Positions 1 to 10,016 of a stretch of DNA of 64,000 nucleotides are shown here, piece by piece; within the stretch, counting starts at the first letter, position 1; every line of letters begins with the position of its first letter. Source of the DNA: Gracilinanus agilis. Taxonomy: Eukaryota. Made by a program: the position numbers and the translations under genes. The notes beneath the pieces were generated by a model. That model was not told where the DNA came from and made no database searches. It saw only the letters and a program-made list of their open reading frames with translations. The stretch lies in the NCBI RefSeq assembly GCF_016433145.1, contig NC_058135.1:298610694-298674693 (forward strand). Reading direction: 5' to 3'.

Positions 1-484
1 GCTGGGCGCGCACCATGCACGGGCTGCGGGGGCTGCGGGGGCTGCGGGGGCCGCGGTGGCCAGGGCCGCCTCCCCGGCCCGCGGGACCCTTCCCCCGGCG
101 CAGGCGCTCTCATGGTAACCAGCCCGGGGCTGGCGAGAGGGTGGGGGTCCGAACAGCCACCTGCGGCAGGTCCAGGCCACGGGGCGCGCCCAAAAGAGGA
201 GGGGCTCTGCGGGGGCTGTCCACCGCGTTTTACAGGGGGAGAAACTGAGGCAGGCGGCATCCAGGCGAGGCAGGGCTTCCTGACCGTGAGCCCCCTAGAT
301 CTTCTCCGGCTTTCGGCCTCCTCCTCCTCCTAGAAGGGCCCGTTCAGGCCCAGTCTCTGTCACCGGAGACTCCAGGGGTTTCACTGTTCCTTCCCAGCCT
401 CAGTTTCCCCCTTTGTAAGACGATTGGGGTTTGGCTCAAGGACCTCTGAGGCTCCCTCAGCTAGAATTCCATCTTAGAACTATG

Positions 485-570
485 AACCCCATTTTACAGA
501 TGAGGAAACTGAGGCAGAACTTAAGGGACTTGCCCAGGGTCACACCGCAGCTTAGCATCTGAGGTCCTGG
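485..570 (-). mobile_element. MIR/core-SINE fragment
   Basis: ccccattttacagatgaggaaactgaggc...gacttgcccagggtcaca is the reverse complement of the conserved core-SINE sequence. Confidence 0.8.
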
Positions 571-1372
571 GTGACAGCCATCCAGCAGGGTGAAGTGGCA
601 GGCCCAGGAGGGAGAGATCAGGATGGTGTGGGCCTCCCCTCCCCTCCCCTCCCCTCTTCAGCCTCTCTCCTTTCTTACCTCTCCTCTCCCCCCATTTGTC
701 CCCCTGCCCCTCTCCCCTCCCCCTTTCTGCTCTCCTCACTTTTCTGGCCAATGCTCGGAGGCCCTGGCCTGGTCCCAGGAGGGAAGCAGGCTGAGAGAAC
801 CTGGGTGGGGCCTTGGGGGAAGACTGGTAGGCGGGGCAGCCTGAGTCACGGGGCTGAGTGCAGCCCTGGCCTAGGTGGGAGCAGCTGCTGCGCACCCTCC
901 TCGCCCCTCTTCCCTTTCTCCAGCCCCAGGTAAGCTGTGGCCGCCACTAGGAGGGCCTGGAAGGCCCAGCCTGGAGAGTTTGGGGGGCCCCCCCGGAAGA
1001 CTGACACCGAGGCAGGGAGGGAGGCTCCTGCACGTGTCGGGTCCTTGGCTGGGACTCCAGGTTAGAGGCCTTCCAGCCGCTTTGGGAGGCCCCCAGGGAG
1101 CCGGGGGTCTCTGGCCTGGGGGGGGGCGCCCACCAGGGCCTGGGGATGTCTGGGAAGGGAGCTTGGAGTGGGGGACAGTCATGGCGAGCCGGGCCTTCTG
1201 GAGGTCTCCCTGGAGGATGGGCACGAGGGATGCTGGGGGGGGGCTGGCAACGGGATATGCAGAGATTGAGGAGTGAGCCCACAGAGGAGCAGGGCAGGCC
1301 CAGGGGAAGGAGGGGGGGGGAGCTTGCCCAGACCTGGGGTCGGGCCCTGTTGCTCCTCTAGCAGAGGACTCT

Positions 1373-1413
1373 NNNNNNNNNNNNNNNNNNNNNNNNNNNN
1401 NNNNNNNNNNNNN
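1373..1413. other. 41-N assembly gap
   Basis: N run followed by a poly-G tract. Confidence 0.95.
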
Positions 1414-2966
1414 GGGGGGGGTGGGGGGGCATCTCCTCACCTGTGGAGGCCGACGGCACACTTTGTGGGACTCGGGATCTCTCTAGGAGGGGAGTTGATG
1501 CTTTGCTCTTTGCCTCAGTCTCCCCAGTCCGCTTCCTATAGGTCAGCTCACAGGCTTGGGGGGGGGGGGCAGGGAGCTTGGGCAGGCCTCAGGGGTGCTC
1601 CCCAGCCCATGATAACAAGGTCCTGTTGTCACTCACCCCTAGGCCCCCCCCCAGGGGCCCTGCCCCGAGTTCCCTGGGAAGGGGGCCAGTGGCTGCCAGC
1701 ATTCCCGGGCTGAGGCCTCTTTGCCATGGGGGAGGGGGCAGGGAGGTGCTGCGTGCCGGCCACTTGGCTTTCGCGCCTCCCAAGTAATACGCGAAGGGTC
1801 AGGAGACCCCCTAAAACAGGGAGCTGTCGAGAGGTGGAGGGGATGCCTCGTGGTTCAGAGTTCAAAGCCCTCCCGCAGGGCAGCAGAGTGTGGCCTGGCC
1901 CTCTGGCCTAGCTTGGGGGATGGAGCAGGTGATCGATCACCTGCTGGCCTCCAGGGAGGGGGAGGGGGCCAGATGCTTCCGATAGCCAGAGGACCTCCCA
2001 TTCTGCTGTGGAATCCAGCTGGGAAAGCCTTATGTAAGCAGCCCTTCTTGGAGCCGGGCCCAGAGGAGCCGCCGCCGCCACCTCCTTCCTCTCTGCTCCG
2101 GAGCTTGGCCGCCCGGTCCCGCAGCCCCCTCTCGGGCCTCCCGTCAGGGTCCTCGGACGGATTTGGGGGGATTTCTTGGAGCCCCAGAAGAGACTCTCCT
2201 GGTCTCCCTCCCCTCAGGCGGGTTCTCGCTCCCTGCTGCTCTGCCCGCCCGGCCTTCCCTCCTGCCTGGGCTGCTTTTCAGTGGCCTTCCTGCTTTCTGC
2301 CCCTTTGTGATGTCACTGGGGCCTGCCCAGCCTGCCCTGCCTCCCGGCCAGGCCTGTGTTGTCATCCTTCCCGGACCGTGTTCGCTCTGTGGCCGCTCTG
2401 GCTCCCCGGATGGGCAGCGCCTCCGGCTCTGGAGTTCCCCCGGTGTCATCCATGGTTCCTCCCAAAGCACTGGGGGGGGAGGGAGGGCGGGCAGATGGGG
2501 CCCCCTGCTGGGCAGAACCAGGAAGGACGCTGAGGTCCGGGTTAGCCTGGAGGCCAAAGCACCCGACTGACTTCTGGAACCCTCCCCTGCATCCATGTTG
2601 TCGCCTCGGGGGAGCCCGAAGGACCCCGAGAGGGCGGAGCTGCCCCCCCGGGCCTCCTCGTTGCCCCTCCAGCCCTGCCAGGGCCGCTCCCGCTTCACTG
2701 CTGTCGGTCCTCGGGCCACCGGGAGAATGGCAGAGTCCTGGCCGTTCCCCAGGGCCAGCAGGCTCGAGGGGGCCCGGCCCTGGCGTCGCTGGCCCGTCTG
2801 GATGAGCGAGAAGGAGCTCCTCCCCGAATCTTGGGGTCCTCCCTACCCCCGGGGCTCCGCGCTGCCCTCCTCTTGGTAGGTGCAGCCGAGCGCAGCCCAC
2901 GGCCGGGCTCCTCGCGGGGCTCACCTTCCCCTCTCTGCCTCCCCAGGTGCCCCTCTCTTGCCCACC

Positions 2967-5900
2967 ATGAGTCTGGAGATCCAGTGTGAGGACCTGAGCA
3001 GCGCCCGCTGGACGGAGATCCTCCCCTCCATGAAGCAGTATGGCGTCATTCGGTAGGGAGCTCCCCTCGCCCCGGGGGGTTCTGGGGCCCCCCGGCCCCC
3101 CCGCAGCCTTGCGAGCTCGCTGGCGTGTCTTGCAGGCTCGACGACTGTGGCCTCACCAATGCCATGTGCGCCAGCATCAGCTCCGTGCTCCAGGCCAACG
3201 CGTCCCTGACCGAGCTCAGCCTGCCCAACAACGAGCTGAAGGACGAGGGGGCCCAGCTGGTGCTGCAGGGGCTGCAGAACCCAGCCTGCAAGATCCAGAA
3301 ACTCAGGTGAGTCCCGAGGGCAGGGAGGCGGCCCCGGCCACGTGGGGGAAGGAGAGGGTGGCGGCCTGCTTTGGCCCTGGCGCCAGTTTAGTCCTTCCCA
3401 GTTCTGGGCCCGACGCCCGCTTCTGCTTCTGGTCACGCCATCCGGCCTCGCTTGCCAGGAGTCTCCCCAGGTTTTTGGGAGCTCCGCGTGCCCGTCATTT
3501 CTTTCAGCCCGACGCCCCAGCTCGTCCTGCCGTCCCCGAGTGACGGACAGCCTCCCCCCACCCCCATTCTCCGCCACCTCCAAAAGGGCTGCAAGAACTG
3601 TGTGGCCCAGGCGGTCCAGTTAGGACTCGATGCCGAGTTTCCAACTAGCTTCTGTCAAACCATGTTCTTCCCCCAAAAGCTTGGATCCTTGGGTTTGTCG
3701 GGCACCAGGCGGCCACGTGCCGATCGCCCGGATCTATGCCACGGATCCCCCTTAGCCAGGGCCACGTCGCTTCGGTGATTCCTACCTGAGAGCTGGCCCA
3801 GCCAGGCCTCCTGCCTTCCTGTTTTTCAGTGATTCCCTTCATAGGCTGGTCTTCAAGCTTCCAGGTGGATCTGGCTACTTTTTCTAGTTTTATGAAATAG
3901 CTTGTGGGCATTTCGATAGCTTTGGCACTGAACAGGCAAATGAATTTACAAAGGAGTCTCATTTTTACCATATTGGCTTGGCCCATCCATGAGCAATTCA
4001 TGTTTTTCCAGATTGGTTCGGCCTGACTTTGTGCATAGTTGTGTTCATGTGATTGCTGGCTCTGCTTTGGTAGGTATTTTATATGGCCTCGACCAGTGCT
4101 GGGCAAACTCTTCAAAGAGCAGCCGAAGGAAAGGAAACGCTCCTCTGTCAGTCTGTCTCTAAGGCAACTCTTTCCAAGTTTCAGTGTATTTTATCCTCCT
4201 CATTGTCTTCGTCAGATTAGGAAGAATGTCGCTCTGCCGGATAGAATGTTTCAGGGGCGGCCCTGGCCTGCAGACCGTAGTCTGCCCATCACTGGGCTCG
4301 AGTTAATTTAAATGGAATTTCCTTTTCTCTCCTGCTGTTGGCCATTGTTGCTGATTTTCGTGGCTTTATCTTGTATTGTGTAGCTCTGCCCGAGTGGTGA
4401 ATTGCTTCTGTTGGTTTCTGGGGTTCTCGGCATCCGTCGCCACGTGTCATCTGCAGAGAGCGATCGTTTTGGTTCCTCACTGCCCAGCCCGATTCCTTCA
4501 GGCTCTCTTTGGCTTCTTATTCCTCTACTAGCGTTTCTGGGACAGTTTTATAGAGAGCGGTGACAGCGGGCTTCCTTGCTTCGCTCCTGACCTTACAGGA
4601 ACGGGCCTTAGTTTCGCCTCGTTAGAGATCATCCTCTGGTTGCCATCGACTTGGTGACTGATTCTGGACAGTTTGCCTAATATGGAGCCATCCCTGCACT
4701 CCCGGTGTGATGGCATCTGGTCCTGGTGGTGCAGCTCTGCGATTTTCCCATCAGTAGTCACTGGGGCTCTTGGTCTCCAGTTCTCCTCTTTGGGTCTTCA
4801 GGTTTTGGAATCCGCACCGTCTTGGGGTCATGAGAGGAATCTGGAAGATTTCTCCCAAAAAGAAGAACTTGTGTAGAAGGGAAGCCAACTGTCATCCGGA
4901 TAGGGGAGAGATTTCCCTTGGGGACCCATCTGGCACCGGGGCCTTTTTCTTGGGGAACTCCAACGGGCTGTACATTTTCTTTTTCGGTGATGGAGTCAAG
5001 CGCTCCATTTCCTCTTCTGTTAATCTGGGCAGTTTGTGTTTCTGTAAATATTCAGTTGTTTCGCTTAGGCTGTAGTTGGGTGAATGAACTCCCAATGATT
5101 GTTCCAATTTCTTCTTCATTGGCTGCGATTTCATCTTTTTCATTTTTGATCCTCCTCTTGAAGTTACATGGCCAGTTCTCTGATCTGCTTTCACTGGTGT
5201 CGATATGTGTTTAGACACAGAATCTCCCCCCAAGCACAGTTTTAACTGCATCCCGTACACTTTGTTGTTCTCTCCTGTTCTTTGACCCCTTCGTTCTTTA
5301 GGATTATTTTGTTTCCAATTCATTTTTAGTCTTTTTTTCTGCCACTCTTTGTTGAATATAATTTTTATTGCATTCCGGTCTGAAGAGGATGCATTTAATA
5401 TTTCTGCTTTTCTGCATTTGGCTGTGAGGTTCTTATACCCTGGTTTGTGATGGTGCCATATACTGCTGAGAAAAGGTATACTCCTTTCTCTTCCCATTTG
5501 GCTTTCTCCAGAAGTCTAGCTTATCAAATTGTTCTAAAGTTTTATTTGCCTTCTTCTTTCCCATTTATTCTTAGGTTGGATTTTTCTACTTTTGAGCGCG
5601 TAAGTTTGAGGTCTCCTACCAATAAAGTTTCCTCCCATTACTCATGTAACTTCTCCTTTAAGAATATGGATACTATGCCATTTGACACATATGTTTAACA
5701 GTGATTTTGTTTCATTGTCTTTAATCAAAATGTAATTTCCTTTCTTTTACCTTTTAATTAGATCAGTTTTTACTTTTGCTGAGATCATGATTGCTACCCG
5801 TGCTTTTTTTTTTTTTTTTACCAGTTGAAACATAATAGAGTCTTCTCCAGCCTCTCACTTTTACTCTATGTGTACCTTCCTGTTTTAAATGTGTTTCTTG

Positions 5901-8900
5901 TAGACAGGATGTTGTGGGACTCTGGTTTTTAATCCACTCAACTATCTTTTTTCCATTTTAGGGGCGAGTTCATCCCATTCACAATTATGATTACTAATTG
6001 TGTGTTACCCTCTGTCTTATTTTTCCCCCTTTACTCTTCTCTCTCTTTTTAGCCTTTCCTTGTTCACAGATGTTTTGTTTTCAACAACCACTTCTCCCAA
6101 TTTGCCCTCCTTTTTGGCCATTCCCCTCCCTTATTCCCTCCTACTTCCCTGTAGGTAGAGTAAGGTAGGTTTCTATAGTTGGCTGAATGTGGCCGTTATT
6201 CTCACTTTGAGCTAATTTTGGCGATGGTAAGTTTCCAGCATTGGCTGCCCTCATCTCCTCCACTCTATTGAGTCTTAGGCACCTCTTCATGAAATAATTT
6301 ACCCTTTTTTCTTTTCTCCCGTGTTTCTCTTCCATTTCTTTATTTTTTTTATCTCAACCCATCCTGTTCTTTCTTCCTACTTTCTACGCATGTTCCTTGT
6401 CACTGTGCTAATAGTAATAAAGTTCAATATCTCAACTACTTAAAGTATCCTGAATACTTTTAAGTACCTTAAATATCTCAAGTCTCACCTTTCCCAGGTA
6501 TAAATGTACTCAATAAAAACTTAAGTTTTCAATATTCTATTTACCCTTTTCTGTTTGAGTGTTGGCTTTTCTTTTCAGCTTTTTTTTTTGGGGGGGGGGG
6601 GGTCAGAAATAGCTGGATAGTCCTCTATTTCATTAAATGTCATCCCTCCATACCCACTCCTCCTTCCCCAGAGGATTATGCTCAGATTTGCTGGTGATTC
6701 TTGGTGGTAGATTTATACTCTGTGCCTTCTGGTCCCCAAGTGTAGACGGCCCCAGGTCTTGTGTAATCCTGACAGTGATTCCACAATATTGGAGTTGTTT
6801 CCTTCCAGCTTCTTGCAGTGCTTTTTCCTTGGCCTTTTAGAGTCGTTTTCCCAAGTTGTCGAATCTCTCTTCATTCCTTTTATTCTTGATTTTTTAACTT
6901 CATGTTCTTCCAAGGGCTCTTCCTCCCTTTCCTGTGGGCTTCCCTTTTGGAGTCTGTATTCCCATCTTCCCTATCCCTTGAAGCCTTTCCTATAGTTCCG
7001 TGTTTTGCTCATTGTTTTGGTTACGATGTTTCCCCCTTGTGACCTTGCCTGTCTTTTGGGGTGCTGCTCCGTAACCCTCTCTGGTGCCTGAGACGGGCCC
7101 AGCCGCCTCTGGGTGCCTTCATGTGTGCGTGTTGAAGGGTCTCCCTTCCCCAAACTACCATTCGGGTGCCTCGGCTCGTGCAAGTGCCGAGGGGCCCCCC
7201 CCCGCTTGCCAGGCTCCTCGCCCTTCTCACCCCACTGGGGGGTGTGCACCCTGCTTGCCTTCGCTTCAAGGCTGTTTCTCCTTTTGGGGGTTTGAGCATG
7301 CTGGGCACCCCCGATGGGTTTTCCTCAGTCGCCGCCACTGCTTTCTGTCCCCGTCTCTGCCAGTCTGCAGAACTGCAGCATCACCGGTGCCAGCTGTGAG
7401 CTGATCCCGGCGCTGCTTCGCACCAAGTCCACCCTGAAGGACCTTCAGCTCAGCGACAACCACCTGGGTGACGAGGGCGTCCGGCTGCTGTGCGAGGGCC
7501 TCCTGGACCCCCAGTGCAGTATGGAGAAGCTGGAGTGAGTGCGGGGGGCCGGGGTACAGGGGGGCGGCCCCCGGGGGGGAGTGCGGGGGGGAGACCTGAC
7601 GCCCCGCGGCCTCCCTTGCAGGCTGGAGTACTGCGAGTTCACCACGGCCAGCTGCGAGGCCCTGTCGTCCGTGCTCAAGGCCAAGGGCTCGCTGCAGGAG
7701 CTGACCCTGAACAACAACGAGCTGGGAGATGCCGGCGTGGCCCTCCTGTGCCAGGGCCTCCTGGACCCCAACTGCAAGCTGCAGATGCTGAGGTGGGTGC
7801 CCCGGGGACCCGCGGCCCCCGAGCAGGCAGGACCGACGGGAGCCCGACCCAGGAGGAGGGAGAGCGGGTGCCCAGAGGCCCCCCCAGCCCCCCTCTCTCT
7901 GCCACAGGCTGGAAGGCTGCGGCATCACGAGTGCCAGCTGCAAGGACCTCAGCACCGTCCTCCAGACCAAAGAGTCCCTGCTGGAGCTGTGCCTGGGGGA
8001 GAACAAGCTCAGGGATGCGGGCCTGGCGCAGCTCTGCGAGGGCGTCCTCAGCCCCACCTGCCGGCTGCAGACCTTGTGGTGCGTGTGCCCGGGGGGAGGC
8101 TGGGGGGAGGCCGGGGGGAGGCCGGGCACGGGGCCTCCCGGGACCTCACCGCCCGCCGTGCCCGCAGGCTGTGGGAGTGCGACATCACCGCGGAGGGCTG
8201 CAAGGCCCTGGCCCGGGTCCTCAAGAGCAAGCCCAGCCTGAAGAAGATGAGCCTCATCTGTAACCAGCTCGGGGACGAGGGGGCGCAGCAGCTGTGCCAG
8301 GCGCTGCTCGACCCCGCCTGCCAGCTGGAGGAGCTGTGGTGAGTGCCATCCCCGGCCGGGCACCCCGGGGCCCCCGCCCCCCCCCAGCGCCTCAGCGAGC
8401 CCCTCCCCCGCAGGCTGAGGACCTGCGGCTTCACCGTGGCCAGCTGCGCCCACTTCTGCGCCGTGCTGGAGAAGAACCGGTCCCTGAAGGAGCTGCAGCT
8501 GAGCAACAACGCCCTGGAGGACGCGGGCATGGAGCAGCTGAGCAAGAGCCTGACGCACCCCGACTGCACCATCCAGAGCCTCTGGTGAGGGCCGCCGCCC
8601 GGGGGTGGGGTGGGGGTGGGCCGGGCCGGCCCGGGCTGACGGGCGTCTGACCCCCCCTTGGGCCCTGCTTCAGGCTGGGCGACTGCGAGTTCTCGGACGC
8701 CTGCTGCACCTCGCTGGCCTCCGCCCTGCTGGCCAACCACACCCTGAAGGAGCTGGACCTCAGCAACAACGGGCTGGGCGACGTGGGCATCCTGCGGCTG
8801 GTGGGCAGCCTGAAGCAGCCCGCCTGTACCCTGGAGCAGCTGGTGTGAGTGGGGGGAGGGGCGCGCTGGGGAGGGGCCTCGGGAGGGGGAGGGTCCGGGG

Positions 8901-9020
8901 CCTGACCCACCCCTTGCCCTCCCCCTCCCCAGGCTGTTCGACATCTACTGGACGGAGCAGGTGGACGAAGAGCTGAACGCCCTGAAGGACACCAAGCCTT
9001 CCCTGCGCATCATCTGCTGA
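2967..9020 (+). CDS. RNH1: Ribonuclease/angiogenin inhibitor 1, intact, 456 aa, 9 coding exons
   Basis: Exons 2967-3052, 3136-3306, 7364-7534, 7622-7792, 7908-8078, 8168-8338, 8414-8584, 8674-8844, 8933-9020. All are GT-AG, and the seven internal exons are exactly 171 nt (one A/B LRR pair each). Total 1371 nt. The protein starts [15 protein letters not shown], ends LFDIYW...PSLRIIC and has 31 Cys. Confidence 0.97.
3590..7000 (-). mobile_element. Degenerate LINE-1 (ORF2 and ORF1-like remnants), antisense in RNH1 intron 2
   Basis: Minus-strand peptides [17 protein letters not shown] (L1 ORF2 WKNIPCSWIGRINIVKM-like) and KLPRLTEEE...KKKAPVPDG (LPRLNQEE...KKSPGPDG-like). The plus strand is T-rich and the frames are broken. 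Boundaries are approximate. Confidence 0.88.
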
Positions 9021-9076
9021 GGGGCCGGCGAGCACCTCGGGGTGGGGCTGGGGCTCCCGGGGCTGCTCCCCACATC

Positions 9077-9082
9077 AATAAA
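9077..9082 (+). terminator. RNH1 polyadenylation signal AATAAA
   Basis: AATAAA 57 nt after the stop codon. Confidence 0.8.
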
Positions 9083-9705
9083 AGCTCTTTTGCACCCAGT
9101 CTGTGCTCAGGCCTCCGGAGGGGATGTGGGCTGGGGGGAGGGGGGCCAGTCACTACTAGCCTCGGTTTCCTCATCTGTAAAATCCCAGCTCTGCCTCCCC
9201 TGCAGGGATGGGGAGCTCACTCCCTGTGGCCAGGGCCCATTTCCCACATGGCAGACTCTGGGGCAAGGTTCTAAGGCAGGAGGGGTCCCTTCCAGGCGGT
9301 CTGCCTGCCTCAGTTTCCCCACGTGTCCAAAGGGGTGTCCCCGGGGCAGCATCTCCGGCTGGAGATGTCCTGTGAGAGGGCGCAGAGGAGCACCCAACAG
9401 GCAGTCCTCGTCCAGAATGGGGCGAAGGGAAGCGAGTTCAAATTGAGAGAAGCCACCCAGAGGGCCTGAGATGAAAGGGAGGGGGTGGGAGAGCTGGATC
9501 CCCCAGGGCCCGAGTGCGAGGGGTCCCCGCTAAGTGGGGCAGCGGCGCCGTGCCGGTGCCCGGGAGGACTAGCCGGGCCTGGTGGGTGAAGAAGGCTGCC
9601 ACGTGCAGCAGAAAGGGGGCACGAAGGGATGGGCCGAGACCCTCCCGGGGGGCTTTGGGGGTCCAGCCCAAACAAGGCCCCAACGTGGCTTCTTTCCTTC
9701 ATTTC

Positions 9706-9711
9706 TTTATT
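9706..9711 (-). terminator. PTDSS2 polyadenylation signal AATAAA
   Basis: tttatt on the plus strand, about 305 nt past the PTDSS2 stop, convergent with RNH1. Confidence 0.7.
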
Positions 9712-10016
9712 TGGGCCCAGCTTGGGCAAACGGACGCTGATTGCCCGGGGTTCAGGCTGCAACGGAGAAGCGGGCCTTGGGTTCGAGCCCCTGAGTCGGG
9801 GCCTCGCCCTCCTCTGGGGTGGGCTCCGGGGCTGGCTCGGCCGGCGCCCGTCAGGAGGGACCCGTCGGGCACAGCTCCTGTAGGCAGGGCCAGGCTGTGC
9901 AGGCCGCGGGGAGCCTCCTCCTTCCCCCGGACTCAGGCTGGGATATGGAGGCGTCTAGTCCCCCCCGGGGATCCCGGGGGCACCCCACGCCCAGTGTGGG
10001 GGGGGCGGGCGGCTGC

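Noticed and set aside
3136-8844. Exact 171-nt periodicity of the RNH1 exons
   Set aside because: Striking but already known for RNH1 (exon-duplication origin of the LRR pairs).
9006-9020. RNH1 terminal RIIC as a prenylation signal
   Set aside because: CaaX requires Cys at -4; here Cys is the last residue and there is no CC/CxC motif.
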